Positions 20,145-29,501 of a stretch of 64,000 bases of DNA are shown here, piece by piece; position 1 is the first letter of the stretch; the number at the start of each line of letters is the position of its first letter. Both the position numbers and the translations under genes were made by a program. Source of the stretch: an uncultured Pseudomonadota bacterium (GTDB lineage: Bacteria > Pseudomonadota > Alphaproteobacteria > Acetobacterales > Acetobacteraceae); contig CAWCEU010000009.1 of assembly GCA_963794625.1 (NCBI GenBank), positions 228,523 through 292,522 on the forward strand. Reading direction: 5' to 3'. Under the pieces are notes generated by a model. It did not search any database. It was not told the origin of the DNA and saw only the letters and a list, made by a program, of their open reading frames with translations.

Positions 20145-21245
20145 ATGGCGACCGGCTGGAATTTCCATGAGCTTTATCTTTGGCACGATACCGGGCGCGC
20201 CGCCCTGTTCTATCCGCCGGGGCTGACCATCGAACCCGGCGAGCATGCGGAAAATGCAGACACAAAGCGGCGTTTTAAGAATTTGATGGAAGTCTCCGGC
20301 CTTACCGGGCAGCTTGTCTCGCTGAAATCGGCGCCCGTGAGTGAAGAGGATCTCGCTCGTTTTCACACGCGCGACTATATTGCGCGGATCAAGGCGCTTT
20401 CGGCGGCGCGTGGTGGCGAGGCCAGCCCGCTCACGCCATTCGGGCATGGTTCCTACGAAATCGCCTGCCTGGCCGCTGGCGGCACCTATGCGGTGATGGA
20501 GGCGGTGCTGTCCGGCAAGGTTGCGAACGGCTATGCGCTGGTGCGCCCGCCGGGGCACCATGCGGAGGCGGAACAGGGCATGGGGTTCTGCCTGTTCGGG
20601 AATATCCCCGTCGCGATTCTTAAAGCCCGCACCATGCATAAATTCGAACGCGTGGCCACGGTGGACTGGGATGTGCATCATGGCAACGGCACCGAGGCGG
20701 CATTTTATGAAGATCCCGGCGTGCTGACGATCTCGCTGCACCAGGAAGGGCTGTATCCGCCGGACCGGGGGCATGTGGCCGACCGCGGCAAAGGTAAAGG
20801 TGAAGGTTATAACATCAATATTCCGCTCCCCGCCGGCTGCGGGCACGGCGCCTATCTGGCGGCGTTCGAGCGTGTGGTGATCCCGGCCTTGTACAAATAC
20901 AAACCGGATCTGATCGTGGTGCCCTCAGGGTTCGACGGCGCGGCGGCGGACCCGCTGGGGCGGATGATGCTCTATTCCGAAACCTATAGGCAGATGACAA
21001 GGATGCTGAAAGCGGCAGCCTCCGATCTGTGCGACGGCAGGCTGATGATGTCCCACGAGGGCGGATATTCCGCCGCCTATGTGCCCTATTGCGGGTTGGC
21101 GGTGATGGAGGAGCTTTCGGGCATCAAATCCCCGATCGACGATCTGTTTTTCGATGAATATGCCGGCTATCCAGGGCAGGAGCTGCGGCCTTGGCAGGCG
21201 GAGGCCATCGCCGCATCGGCGGCATTGCTCGGCGGCATCACATGA
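20145..21245 (+). CDS. Histone deacetylase superfamily amidohydrolase (acetylpolyamine amidohydrolase-like)
   Basis: LVRPPGHHAE...VDWDVHHGNGTE...GFDGAAADPLG zinc-binding motifs of the arginase/deacetylase fold; 366 aa. Confidence 0.8.
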   Translation: MATGWNFHELYLWHDTGRAALFYPPGLTIEPGEHAENADTKRRFKNLMEVSGLTGQLVSLKSAPVSEEDLARFHTRDYIARIKALSAARGGEASPLTPFGHGSYEIACLAAGGTYAVMEAVLSGKVANGYALVRPPGHHAEAEQGMGFCLFGNIPVAILKARTMHKFERVATVDWDVHHGNGTEAAFYEDPGVLTISLHQEGLYPPDRGHVADRGKGKGEGYNINIPLPAGCGHGAYLAAFERVVIPALYKYKPDLIVVPSGFDGAAADPLGRMMLYSETYRQMTRMLKAAASDLCDGRLMMSHEGGYSAAYVPYCGLAVMEELSGIKSPIDDLFFDEYAGYPGQELRPWQAEAIAASAALLGGIT

Positions 21246-21281
21246 TGCCGCCTTGCGTTTGATGTGGAAACGGGCGGGCGG

Positions 21282-22784
21282 TCAGCCGATCGCCGCCCAT
21301 ACGCTCTTGGTCTGGGTATAGGAGACCAGCGCGTCGAAGCATTTATCGCGGCCATTGCCGCTTTCCTTCCAGCCGCCGAAGGGAAATTGCATATCACCGG
21401 CCATATAGCTGTTGATATAGACCATCCCGGCCTCGACATCGCGGGCGAAGCGATGCGCCCGGCCGAGATCGGCGGTCCAGATTCCCGCCGCCAGGCCGAA
21501 ATTCGTATCGTTGGCGATGGTCACGGCCTCATGATAATCCGAGAAACTCATGATGCTCGCCACCGGGCCGAAAATCTCCTCGCGGGCAATGGTCATGTCG
21601 TTGGTGACACCGGTAAAGATGGTAGGCGCCACATAAGCTCCTTGCTCCAGCCCCGTGGGCACGCCCCCGCCGAGCAGGCAGGTCGCCCCCGCCTGTTTGC
21701 CGATATCGATATAGTTCAGCACGCGCTTCTGCTGGTTGAAATCCACCAGCGGGCCCATGGTGGTGGCGGGGTCCAGCGGGTCGCCCGCGGCGTAGCTCGC
21801 TTCTGCTTTTGATTTAAAAATCTCCAGGAATTCCGGTAGGATTTTCTGTTCCACCAGAATACGCGAGCCGGCACAGCACACCTCGCCCTGATTGCCGAAA
21901 ATCCCGTCCACGGCGGTGGCGGCGGCCTGCTCCAGATTCGGCGCGTCGGCCATGACCACCTGAGGGGATTTGCCGCCACATTCGGTGGAGACTTTCTTCA
22001 TGTTGGACTGCCCGGCATAGACAAACATCAGCTTGCCGATTTCCGCCGAGCCGGTGAAGGCGATCTTCTCGATATCATGATGCAGGGCGAGCGCTTTGCC
22101 TGCCTCCACCCCAAAGCCGTTCACCACGTTCAGCACGCCGGCGGGGCCGCCCGCTTCCACGAATAAACGCGCCAGCAGCAAAGCGGAGAGCGGCGTCTGC
22201 TCAGCGGGTTTCAGCACCACGGAGTTGCCCGCCGCCAAAGCCGGGGCGATTTTCCACACCGCCATCAGCAGCGGGTAGTTCCAGGGCACGATGCACCCCA
22301 CCACGCCGAGCGGCTGGCGCAGCACATAGGAGAGCACATCCGGCGCCGTTGCACCCACCGTGCCTTGCAGCTTGTCGATACATTCCGCCGTGAAACGCAG
22401 GCAGAGCGTGCTGGCGGGCACGTCGATGCTCAGCATCTCGGCGATCGGCTTGCCCATGTCCAGCGTGTCGAGCAGCGCGAATTCATCCCTGTGCGCGTCG
22501 ATCAGATCCGCGAAGCGCATGATCACCGCCATGCGCTGGCGCGGCGCCAAGCGCGACCAGCCGCCGGATTTGAAGGCTTTCAGCCCGTCGGCCACGGCAA
22601 GGTCGATATCCGCCTTGTCACCACGGGCGATTTCAGCCAGCGCCGCGCCATTGGCGGGGTTGATGCTCTCGAACACCTGGCCCGAGCGGGCATGCACGAA
22701 TTCACCGCCGATGAAGAGCCGCCCTTCGCATTTCAGCGCCTCGGCCTTCTTGTGCCAGGATGTGTTCTTGGAAATGACGTTCAT
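21282..22784 (-). CDS. NAD(P)-dependent aldehyde dehydrogenase
   Basis: 500 aa; ALDH superfamily catalytic region (EEIFGPVASIMSF, active-site Cys region VSTECGGKSP, NAD-binding FTGSAEIG). Confidence 0.85.
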   Translation of the reverse strand: MNVISKNTSWHKKAEALKCEGRLFIGGEFVHARSGQVFESINPANGAALAEIARGDKADIDLAVADGLKAFKSGGWSRLAPRQRMAVIMRFADLIDAHRDEFALLDTLDMGKPIAEMLSIDVPASTLCLRFTAECIDKLQGTVGATAPDVLSYVLRQPLGVVGCIVPWNYPLLMAVWKIAPALAAGNSVVLKPAEQTPLSALLLARLFVEAGGPAGVLNVVNGFGVEAGKALALHHDIEKIAFTGSAEIGKLMFVYAGQSNMKKVSTECGGKSPQVVMADAPNLEQAAATAVDGIFGNQGEVCCAGSRILVEQKILPEFLEIFKSKAEASYAAGDPLDPATTMGPLVDFNQQKRVLNYIDIGKQAGATCLLGGGVPTGLEQGAYVAPTIFTGVTNDMTIAREEIFGPVASIMSFSDYHEAVTIANDTNFGLAAGIWTADLGRAHRFARDVEAGMVYINSYMAGDMQFPFGGWKESGNGRDKCFDALVSYTQTKSVWAAIG

Positions 22785-24271
22785 GTTGTTGTCCTCATGC
22801 TGAAAATATCATTTTGCCGGCGCGCTGAGGCGGAGGTATCCGCAACGCCCCGCGCAGGGCCGTCCGCGAACAGCGGCTCCAGCGCCGCCGCCAGAGAGAG
22901 CACCTTTGCATCCTCACCGCGCGCGCCGATGATCTGCAACGCCACCGGCAGGCCCGCGCGGGTGGTGCCGCAAGGTGTCACGGCGGCAGGCTGCTGGGTG
23001 AGATTGATGGGGAAGCTGAACCCTGCCCATTCCGTCCAGCGCCGCAGCCCGGAGCCAGCGGGCACTTCCGCCCCGGCCTCGAAGGCGGGAATGGCGGTGC
23101 CGGGGGAGAGGATAAAATCATACGCCGCCAGCGCGGCATCCATGGCGGCGCCGAACGCGGCCCGGCGCACCTGGGCTTGCACCAGCGTGACCGCATCCTT
23201 CGCGGCACCTTCACGCGCCACGGCGAGAAAACCGGGGTCCAGAAGGCCGCGCTGATCCTCCGGCACCGCCGCCAGGCGCGCCGCCGCGCCCGCGAACCAA
23301 TGGTCATGGAACAGTTCCAGCAGATCGCCGCCGGGCAGTTCGAAAGATGTCACCTCTACCCCGGCATTGGCCAGCCCGGCGATGCGGGCATCGAGGATCG
23401 CCCTCACCTCCGCATCCAGCGCGCCTGAGGGCGGCTTGGCCCAATAGCCAATCCTCAGGCCCTTCAGTGCCACCGGCGCCAAGGCCAGCGGCGGGAATTG
23501 CCCGGCACCCTGGTTCCAGTCCCGCAGATCACGCCCGGACATGGCTTTCAGCATCGCCATCGCATCTTCGGCACCGCGCGTCATCGGGCCGATATGCGCC
23601 ACCGTGCCGAAGGCGCTGGCCGGATAAGCGGGCACGCGCGCGAAGGTGGGTTTCAACCCGGTAATCCCGCAAAAAGCCGCCGGCACGCGGATGGAGCCGC
23701 CGCCATCCGTGCCGAGATGAAACACCCCCGCCCCCGTTGCCGCCGCCGCCGCCGCGCCGCCGGAGGAGCCGCCGCAGGTTTTCGACGGGTCATGCGGGTT
23801 GCGGGTGATGCCGAAGGCCGGGCTGTCCGTCACCGCTTTCCAGCCGAATTCCGGCGTGGTGGTCTGGCCGATAAACACCGCGCCATTTTCACGCAACAGC
23901 GCGACGGAGGGCGCATCCTCCGCACAGGGCGCGGCGGCAGTGGCGGCGCTGCCATAGCGCACGGCCCAGCCCTTCACCCAGACGATATCCTTCAAGGTGG
24001 TGGGAATGCCATCAGCCTCCGAAAACGGCGCGCCCTGGCGCCAGCGCCCCTCGGAGGCTTTCGCCGCCGCCAAGGCGCCTGCATGGTCGATGAAGGTGAA
24101 GGCGTTGAGGCTGGGATTGATCGCCTCAGCACGGGCCAGGCAGGCTTTCGCGACCTCGACCGGCGAGATCGAGCCCGCTTTGTAGGCGGCGCTCAGCGCG
24201 GCCGCGTCCAAGCGGCAAAGCGCGTCCGGCGCGGGGCCGGCGGTGAGGGGAGAATCCATGGGAAACCTCAT
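22781..24271 (-). CDS. Amidase signature (AS) family amidase
   Basis: GGSSGGAAAAAATGAGVFHLGTDGGGSIRVPAAFCGITGLKPT amidase signature with Ser-cisSer-Lys triad context. 4-nt overlap with the downstream ALDH, suggesting an operon. Confidence 0.85.
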   Translation of the reverse strand: MRFPMDSPLTAGPAPDALCRLDAAALSAAYKAGSISPVEVAKACLARAEAINPSLNAFTFIDHAGALAAAKASEGRWRQGAPFSEADGIPTTLKDIVWVKGWAVRYGSAATAAAPCAEDAPSVALLRENGAVFIGQTTTPEFGWKAVTDSPAFGITRNPHDPSKTCGGSSGGAAAAAATGAGVFHLGTDGGGSIRVPAAFCGITGLKPTFARVPAYPASAFGTVAHIGPMTRGAEDAMAMLKAMSGRDLRDWNQGAGQFPPLALAPVALKGLRIGYWAKPPSGALDAEVRAILDARIAGLANAGVEVTSFELPGGDLLELFHDHWFAGAAARLAAVPEDQRGLLDPGFLAVAREGAAKDAVTLVQAQVRRAAFGAAMDAALAAYDFILSPGTAIPAFEAGAEVPAGSGLRRWTEWAGFSFPINLTQQPAAVTPCGTTRAGLPVALQIIGARGEDAKVLSLAAALEPLFADGPARGVADTSASARRQNDIFSMRTTT

Positions 24272-24378
24272 TTTTCACGAAACAGGAAAGGCAAGCCCGG
24301 ACGCGGATTTGCGGTTGCGGCTTGCCATAAATTAGATAGGATCAGGCGATATCTTTCATTTTATACAGGAACCAGAGC

Positions 24379-25336
24379 GGTGAATCTGACCATCCGCCAA
24401 TTGCGTTATGTGAACGAGGTGGCAAGGCTCGGCAGCGTGCAGGCGGCCTCGCGCAGCTTGAACATATCGCAATCCTCGATCCTGGCGGCGATTTCCATCG
24501 CGGAGGCGGAGATCGGCGCCAGGCTGTTCGACCGCAAGCCCGCGCGCGGGGTGATGCTGACCCCGGCGGGGGAGCGCTACATCAATGCCAGCCGCTATCT
24601 GCTGGAAGCGGAGAAGGAGTTCGACCGTGCCATCGGCACGCTCTCCGGCCGGGTGCCGCCGGTCATCCGCATCGGCTGTTTCGAGCCGTTCGGCGCCATC
24701 TTCATGGCGGAAGTCCTGCGGGTTTATCTTGATGAAATCGGAGAGCCGGTCGAGATCATCCTGCAGGAAGGCGACCAGATCGAGGTTCGGAGCTGGCTGG
24801 TTGAAGGCAAGGTGGATCTGGCGGTTCTGTACGATATCGGCCCCGATCTCATCGGCACCGTCACGCGCATCTGCAAGGTTCCGGCGCATGCGCTGATCAG
24901 TGCCGACGATCCCTTGGCCACGAAGGAGAGTTTGTGGCTCTCCGAGCTTGCGGCACGCCCGCTGGTGCTGCTCGACATGCCGCAAACCTCCACCTATCTG
25001 CTCACGCTGTTCGATGTGCTGGCGCATCGCCCGGCGGTGAAATTCCGCACACGCTCTTATGAAACCGTGCGCGCGGCGGTGGGGTCCGGGCTTGGGGTTT
25101 CGGTTCTGAACATGCGCCCGGTCGGCCGTGCCACCAAGGACGGGCCGGGCATCGTGCGCCGCCCGCTGCTTGACGAATTGCCGCCGCCCACGCTGCTTAT
25201 CGCCGATATGTATGGCGGTATGAAACCGATGTTCCTGCGCGTGTTCATCGAGATATTCCGCAATTTCTTCCGCCAGCTTGGCCCGGCGCGGTTTGCCGTC
25301 ACCACGCCGGAACGCCAGCGGAGCTTGGTGCTCTGA
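24379..25336 (+). CDS. LysR-family transcriptional regulator (GTG start)
   Basis: (V)NLTIRQLRYVNEVARLGSVQAASRSLNISQSSILAAISIAEAEIGARLFDR is an N-terminal wHTH. Divergent from the amidase-ALDH operon. The 612-aa ORF in the track is an upstream antisense extension. Confidence 0.8.
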
Positions 25337-25454
25337 GCACCGGGCCATGGTGGTGCTGACGCCGCCGCGGGGCCGCTGGCTGGCGAGGGGGGGCGGAGAG
25401 GAAACTGGACTCATTCGGCAACCTCTCCCTGGCATGCAAAATGCACGAATATGT

Positions 25455-25472
25455 TTTATGCAAACGCATAAA
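25455..25472. promoter_or_regulatory. Perfect 18-bp palindrome TTTATGC-AAAC-GCATAAA in an AT-rich island, candidate operator
   Basis: Read directly from the sequence; flanked by a direct ATGCAAA repeat. Lies about 240 bp upstream of the nagA-murQ start and about 120 bp downstream of the lysR stop. Confidence 0.5.
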
Positions 25473-25557
25473 TTTGGAACAAAGCCCGGTAAAGCGGGAT
25501 TATTTTTGCTGTAAAAATAGCTTAACAACAGCTTTCCGATTACGAAAAACATATAAT

Positions 25558-25584
25558 TTGAAAAAACTTCATGCATTTTATATA
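25558..25584 (+). promoter_or_regulatory. Sigma-70-like promoter candidate (TTGAAA-15 nt-TATATA) for the nagA-murQ fusion gene
   Basis: Near-consensus -35 and -10 hexamers in an AT-rich stretch within an otherwise about 68% GC genome; about 125 bp upstream of ATG 25709. Confidence 0.45.
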
Positions 25585-25708
25585 GCGGCCTGCGCATCTG
25601 GCGGCCTTTGCTGGCGCCAGCCCGGCGCCGGGGCTTCACCCCTTGCCTTTGCGCGTCCCCCACAGCAGAAGAGCATCCCGTCCTCAGATCACGGTCCAGA
25701 TTGTCCCG

Positions 25709-27718
25709 ATGCGGATTTTTGCCCAGCGCCTTTTCGATGGTGAGAGCTTCACCGGACCCGCCACCGTCGAAATCGCGGAAGGGCGTATCGTCGCGGTGCT
25801 GCCTGGCGAGACCGGGGCCGATATCCGCCTGCCCCATGGCGTGCTTGGGCCGGGGCTGATCGACCTGCATAATAACGGCGCCTTCGGGGTGGATTGCGCC
25901 ACCGCCACGCCGGAAGAGTGGGATCGTTTCGTGGAGGGGCTGGCGGCACGCGGCGTGACCGGCGTGCTGCCGACAATCATCACCGCGCCGCTGCCGGATA
26001 TTGCGCTGGCCGCCACGCGGCTGCGTGCCGCCATGCGGCGCCATCCGGGTCTGCTGGGGCTGCATCTGGAAGGGCCGTTTCTGGCGCCAGCCAAACGCGG
26101 CGCCCACCGGGAGGATTGGCTGCGCCTGCCCGGCCAGGCGGCGCTGGATGAGCTGCTGAACGGCCCGGCGGCGGAGGTGCTGCGGCTGGTGACGCTGGCG
26201 CCGGAATTGCCGCATGCGCTGGCGGCCATTGCCCGGCTCGTTCGCGCCGGCATCGCCGTGTCGCTCGGCCATACCGCGGCGGATGCCGGGCAGATGCGCG
26301 CGGGGGCCGATGCGGGGGCGCGGCTGGTTACACATCTCTTCAACGCGCAATCGCCGCTGAACCATCGCGCGCCCGGCGCGCCCGGCGTGGCGCTGACGGA
26401 CCCGCGCCTCTCGCCTTGCGTGATCGCGGATGGGGTGCATGTGGACCCTGCCCTGCTGCAGATCGCGCTGGCCGCCTGCCCGCGCGCCATCGCGGTGACG
26501 GATTCCATTCTACTGGCCGGGCTGGCGCCGGGTGCCACGCTGCCTTTTGGCGGGGCGGATGCCGTTCTGGGGCAGGATGGCGTGGGGCACCGGGCGGATG
26601 GCACCATCGCGGGGGCGGCCATCACCTTGGATGAAGGGGTGAGGCGGCTGATCTCCTTTGGCATCGCGCCGGAGACCGCGCTGGCCGCCGCCACCTCCCG
26701 GCCCGCATCCGCGCTGGGGCTGAAGGCCGGGCGCATCGCCGCCGGGGCGCTGGCGGATCTGGTCTGGTGGTCGGATGAGTTCCATGCCTTGCAGGTCTGG
26801 CGGGCCGGTACCCCCTCGCCTGCCCGCGCGCCGCGTGGCACGGAAGCGCTCCGGGTGGATCTGGCCGATTTGGAAACGCGCGGCACGGAGGAGATCGTGC
26901 GCATCTTCCTCGCCCAGGAAGCCGCCGCGCAGCGTGCCCTGGAGGCCGCCGCGCCCGCCCTGGCACGGCTGGTTGATGGAGTTGCGGCGCGGCTCACGGC
27001 GGGGGGGCGGCTTTTCTATGCCGGGGCGGGCACCTCCGGGCGGCTTGGCTTTCTGGATGCGGTGGAGTGCCGGCCCACCTTCGGCGTGGAGCCAGGGCTG
27101 ATCGTGCCGCTGCTGGCCGGGGGAGCAAATGCCTTCATCCAGGCCGCCGAGGGGGCGGAAGATGACGAGCTGGCCGCCCGCGCCGCCTTGGATGAGCACG
27201 GGTTCAATGCAGGGGATGCGCTGGTGGGCATCGCCGCCTCCGGCAGCACGCCTTTCACGCTGGCGGCCTTGCGCCATGCGGCGGGGCTGGGCGGGTTGAC
27301 CGGCGCCATCGTCAACAATGCCGGCACGCCCATGGCCAAGGCGGCTGAGGTTGCGGTGGAGATTCTCTCCGGCCCGGAGATCATCGCCGGATCGACACGG
27401 CTTTCCGCGGGGTCCACGGAGAAGATCGCGCTCAACATCCTCTCCTCGGCGGTGATGATCCGGCTGGGCAAGACATACGGCCCGTTCATGGTGGATATGC
27501 GCGCCAGCAACGCCAAGCTGCGCGGCCGGGCCTTGCGCATGGTGATGGCGCTAACCGGCGCCGATGAGTGGAAGGCAAGCCTTGAACTGGAGGCCTGCGG
27601 GATGCATGTTAAACTTGCTGTGCTGGCCATCCGGCTTGGCCTTTCGCCGGAAGCGGCGCGGGCGGAGCTTGAGGCGGCGGGCGGTTCGCTGCGGCGGGCC
27701 TTGGCGAGGCAAAGGTGA
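25709..27718 (+). CDS. Single-ORF fusion: N-acetylglucosamine-6-phosphate deacetylase (NagA, N-terminal about 390 aa) + N-acetylmuramic acid 6-phosphate etherase (MurQ, SIS domain, C-terminal about 280 aa)
   Basis: N-terminal amidohydrolase motifs (LPGLIDLHNNGAFGVD, HLEGPFL, VSLGHTAA, HLFNAQ). From about residue 400: IFLAQEAAA...LFYAGAGTSGRLGFLDAVECRPTFGV...LVGIAASGSTPF, the MurQ SIS fold with the catalytic Glu region. The reading frame is continuous with no stop between the two domains. The TTG at 25643 is an unlikely start. Confidence 0.8.
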   Translation: MRIFAQRLFDGESFTGPATVEIAEGRIVAVLPGETGADIRLPHGVLGPGLIDLHNNGAFGVDCATATPEEWDRFVEGLAARGVTGVLPTIITAPLPDIALAATRLRAAMRRHPGLLGLHLEGPFLAPAKRGAHREDWLRLPGQAALDELLNGPAAEVLRLVTLAPELPHALAAIARLVRAGIAVSLGHTAADAGQMRAGADAGARLVTHLFNAQSPLNHRAPGAPGVALTDPRLSPCVIADGVHVDPALLQIALAACPRAIAVTDSILLAGLAPGATLPFGGADAVLGQDGVGHRADGTIAGAAITLDEGVRRLISFGIAPETALAAATSRPASALGLKAGRIAAGALADLVWWSDEFHALQVWRAGTPSPARAPRGTEALRVDLADLETRGTEEIVRIFLAQEAAAQRALEAAAPALARLVDGVAARLTAGGRLFYAGAGTSGRLGFLDAVECRPTFGVEPGLIVPLLAGGANAFIQAAEGAEDDELAARAALDEHGFNAGDALVGIAASGSTPFTLAALRHAAGLGGLTGAIVNNAGTPMAKAAEVAVEILSGPEIIAGSTRLSAGSTEKIALNILSSAVMIRLGKTYGPFMVDMRASNAKLRGRALRMVMALTGADEWKASLELEACGMHVKLAVLAIRLGLSPEAARAELEAAGGSLRRALARQR

Positions 27719-27733
27719 TACGGGACGACGGAC

Positions 27734-28246
27734 TTGGCCGGAAACATCATCGGTTTGGCGCGAAAGGCGGACGATTTCATCATCGACCGGGTGCTGCAGC
27801 CGGGGGTTGACCGCGCCGAATGGTCGTTGGGCCTGCCCTTGTTCACCCTGGCGCGGCTATGCACCGGGGCGGGCGCCCTGGCCGGGCTGCTCTGGATTTA
27901 CCTGTTCGATACGCCCTATTCCACGGATTTCTTCGAGGACATGCTGTGCCTCGGCATCATGGCCGGGGCGGCTTATCTGCAGATCAACACCCAGCAGGCC
28001 CGCGCGCCGCGCCGGGAGCGCGTGGCCCCCGCCGTGCGGCTTACCGGGCTGCTCTGGCGCACGCTATGGCTGCTGGACCTTGTGCTTTTCCCCACCCAAT
28101 GGCCGCTGGAGGCGCATGCGCAGCTCATCGGCAATTTCACCTGGACGCTGCTGCTGGTACTGCCCTACTGGCTGATCTGCTGCCACGACGCGCCGCCGCC
28201 GGAAGTTCGGCGCGAACTACGTTACGCGACCATTCCGGTGCGCTGA
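27734..28246 (+). CDS. Hypothetical integral membrane protein (about 4 TM), uncharacterised
   Basis: Hydrophobic-segment pattern (LPLFTLARLCTGAGALAGLLWIYLF, MLCLGIMAGAAYL, LLWRTLWLLDLVLF, FTWTLLLVLPYWLICC). TTG start; true start uncertain. Overlapping Ala/Pro-rich alternative frames look like GC artefacts. Confidence 0.4.
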   Translation: MAGNIIGLARKADDFIIDRVLQPGVDRAEWSLGLPLFTLARLCTGAGALAGLLWIYLFDTPYSTDFFEDMLCLGIMAGAAYLQINTQQARAPRRERVAPAVRLTGLLWRTLWLLDLVLFPTQWPLEAHAQLIGNFTWTLLLVLPYWLICCHDAPPPEVRRELRYATIPVR

Positions 28247-28268
28247 ACGGCCGGTTTTCGCGGGCGGG

Positions 28269-29501
28269 TCACGCCTTGGCCAAGCCGCGCCCGCTTTTGT
28301 CCACCAGCACCGCGGCACCCCATAGCCCCAGCCCGCCAAGTGCCAGCGCACACCCGACCCAGCCGGAGGAAGGCAGGCCGAACCCCGCGCCGATCGCCAG
28401 CCCGGCAAGCACCGGCCCCAGCGCGTTCGCCGTGTTCATGGCGCTATGGTTCAACGCCGCCGCCAGCATTTGCGCCTTGCCGGCGACATTCATCAGCCGC
28501 GCCTGCAAAGGCGAGCCCAATCCGCCGGCACCGCCAATCAGGAACGCCGCCAGCGCCATGCTCCAGACATGCCCGGTCATGGACGGATAGAGCGCCATGG
28601 CCAGGGCGGACCAGATCAGCACGCCCGCGATGGTGGGCAGCAAGGCTTTGTCGGCCAGCCGGGCGGCGAGGAGATTGCCCAGCGTGAGGCCCGCGCCGAA
28701 GATGGCCAGCACGATGGGCTGCATGATCGGCCGCGCCCCGGTGACCTGCAGCAAAGTGGAATCCAGGTAGGTATAGACGGCGAACACGCCGCCGAACCCG
28801 ACCGCGCCGATCCCCAGCGTCAGCCAGACATGTTTGTTTTTGAGGGCGCTTAGCTCGTCCAGCGGGTTTTTGGAGCTCAGATCCTCCTGCCTGTGCGGCA
28901 CCAGCGCCCAGACCAGCACCGCCGTTGCGGCCGCCAGCGCGGCCACCAGGACCATGGCCCAGCGCCAGTTCAGCAATTGGCCGATTTCATTGGCGAGCGG
29001 CACGCCGAAAATCGTCGCGATGGTCAGGCCCAGAAGCACGCTGGCAATGGCCTGAGTTCTCTTGCCCGGGGGCACCAGCTCCGCCGCGACCAGGGAGGCG
29101 GCGCCGAAATAGGCGCCATGCGGCAGGCCAGCGATGAAACGGAACACCATCATCCACCCGAAACTGGGCGCCAGGGCGCTCAGCAGATTGCCCAGGGCAA
29201 AGAACAGCATCAGGCCGATCAGCACGGTACGCTTGGGCAGCCTGGCGGCGGCCACCGCCAGAACCGGCGCACCGGCCACAACCCCCAGGGCATAGGCGCT
29301 GATGACGCGCCCGGCATCCTCAATGCCGATATGCAGCCCTTTAGCGAAATAGGGCACAAGCCCCATCATGCCGAATTCCGTGGTGCCGATGGCGAAACCG
29401 CCCATCGAGAGCGCGAACAGCGCCAGGCCGGTATGGCCGCTATAGATTGACTTCTTGCTGATCACGAGGAAACCGTCAGGATGGAGGAACGCGCCGGGCA
29501 A
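28269..29501 (-). CDS. MFS transporter (sugar/drug efflux type, YdhP/AraJ-like)
   Basis: 12-TM profile; MFS signature LPKRTVLIGLMLFFALGNLLSALAPSFGWMMVFRFIAGLPHGAYFG. Confidence 0.75.
   Translation of the reverse strand: MPGAFLHPDGFLVISKKSIYSGHTGLALFALSMGGFAIGTTEFGMMGLVPYFAKGLHIGIEDAGRVISAYALGVVAGAPVLAVAAARLPKRTVLIGLMLFFALGNLLSALAPSFGWMMVFRFIAGLPHGAYFGAASLVAAELVPPGKRTQAIASVLLGLTIATIFGVPLANEIGQLLNWRWAMVLVAALAAATAVLVWALVPHRQEDLSSKNPLDELSALKNKHVWLTLGIGAVGFGGVFAVYTYLDSTLLQVTGARPIMQPIVLAIFGAGLTLGNLLAARLADKALLPTIAGVLIWSALAMALYPSMTGHVWSMALAAFLIGGAGGLGSPLQARLMNVAGKAQMLAAALNHSAMNTANALGPVLAGLAIGAGFGLPSSGWVGCALALGGLGLWGAAVLVDKSGRGLAKA

Noticed and set aside
23498-24378. Upstream 290 codons of the 612-aa ORF 23498-25336
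   Set aside because: It is antisense to the amidase gene. LysR homology starts at the GTG at 24379 (NLTIRQLRYVNE).
25441-25743. 100-aa ORF (MHEYVLCKRINLEQ...) starting inside the AT-rich island
   Set aside because: Its composition merely reflects the AT-rich non-coding DNA and then the GC-rich antisense of nagA. It has no Shine-Dalgarno and overlaps the likely promoter.
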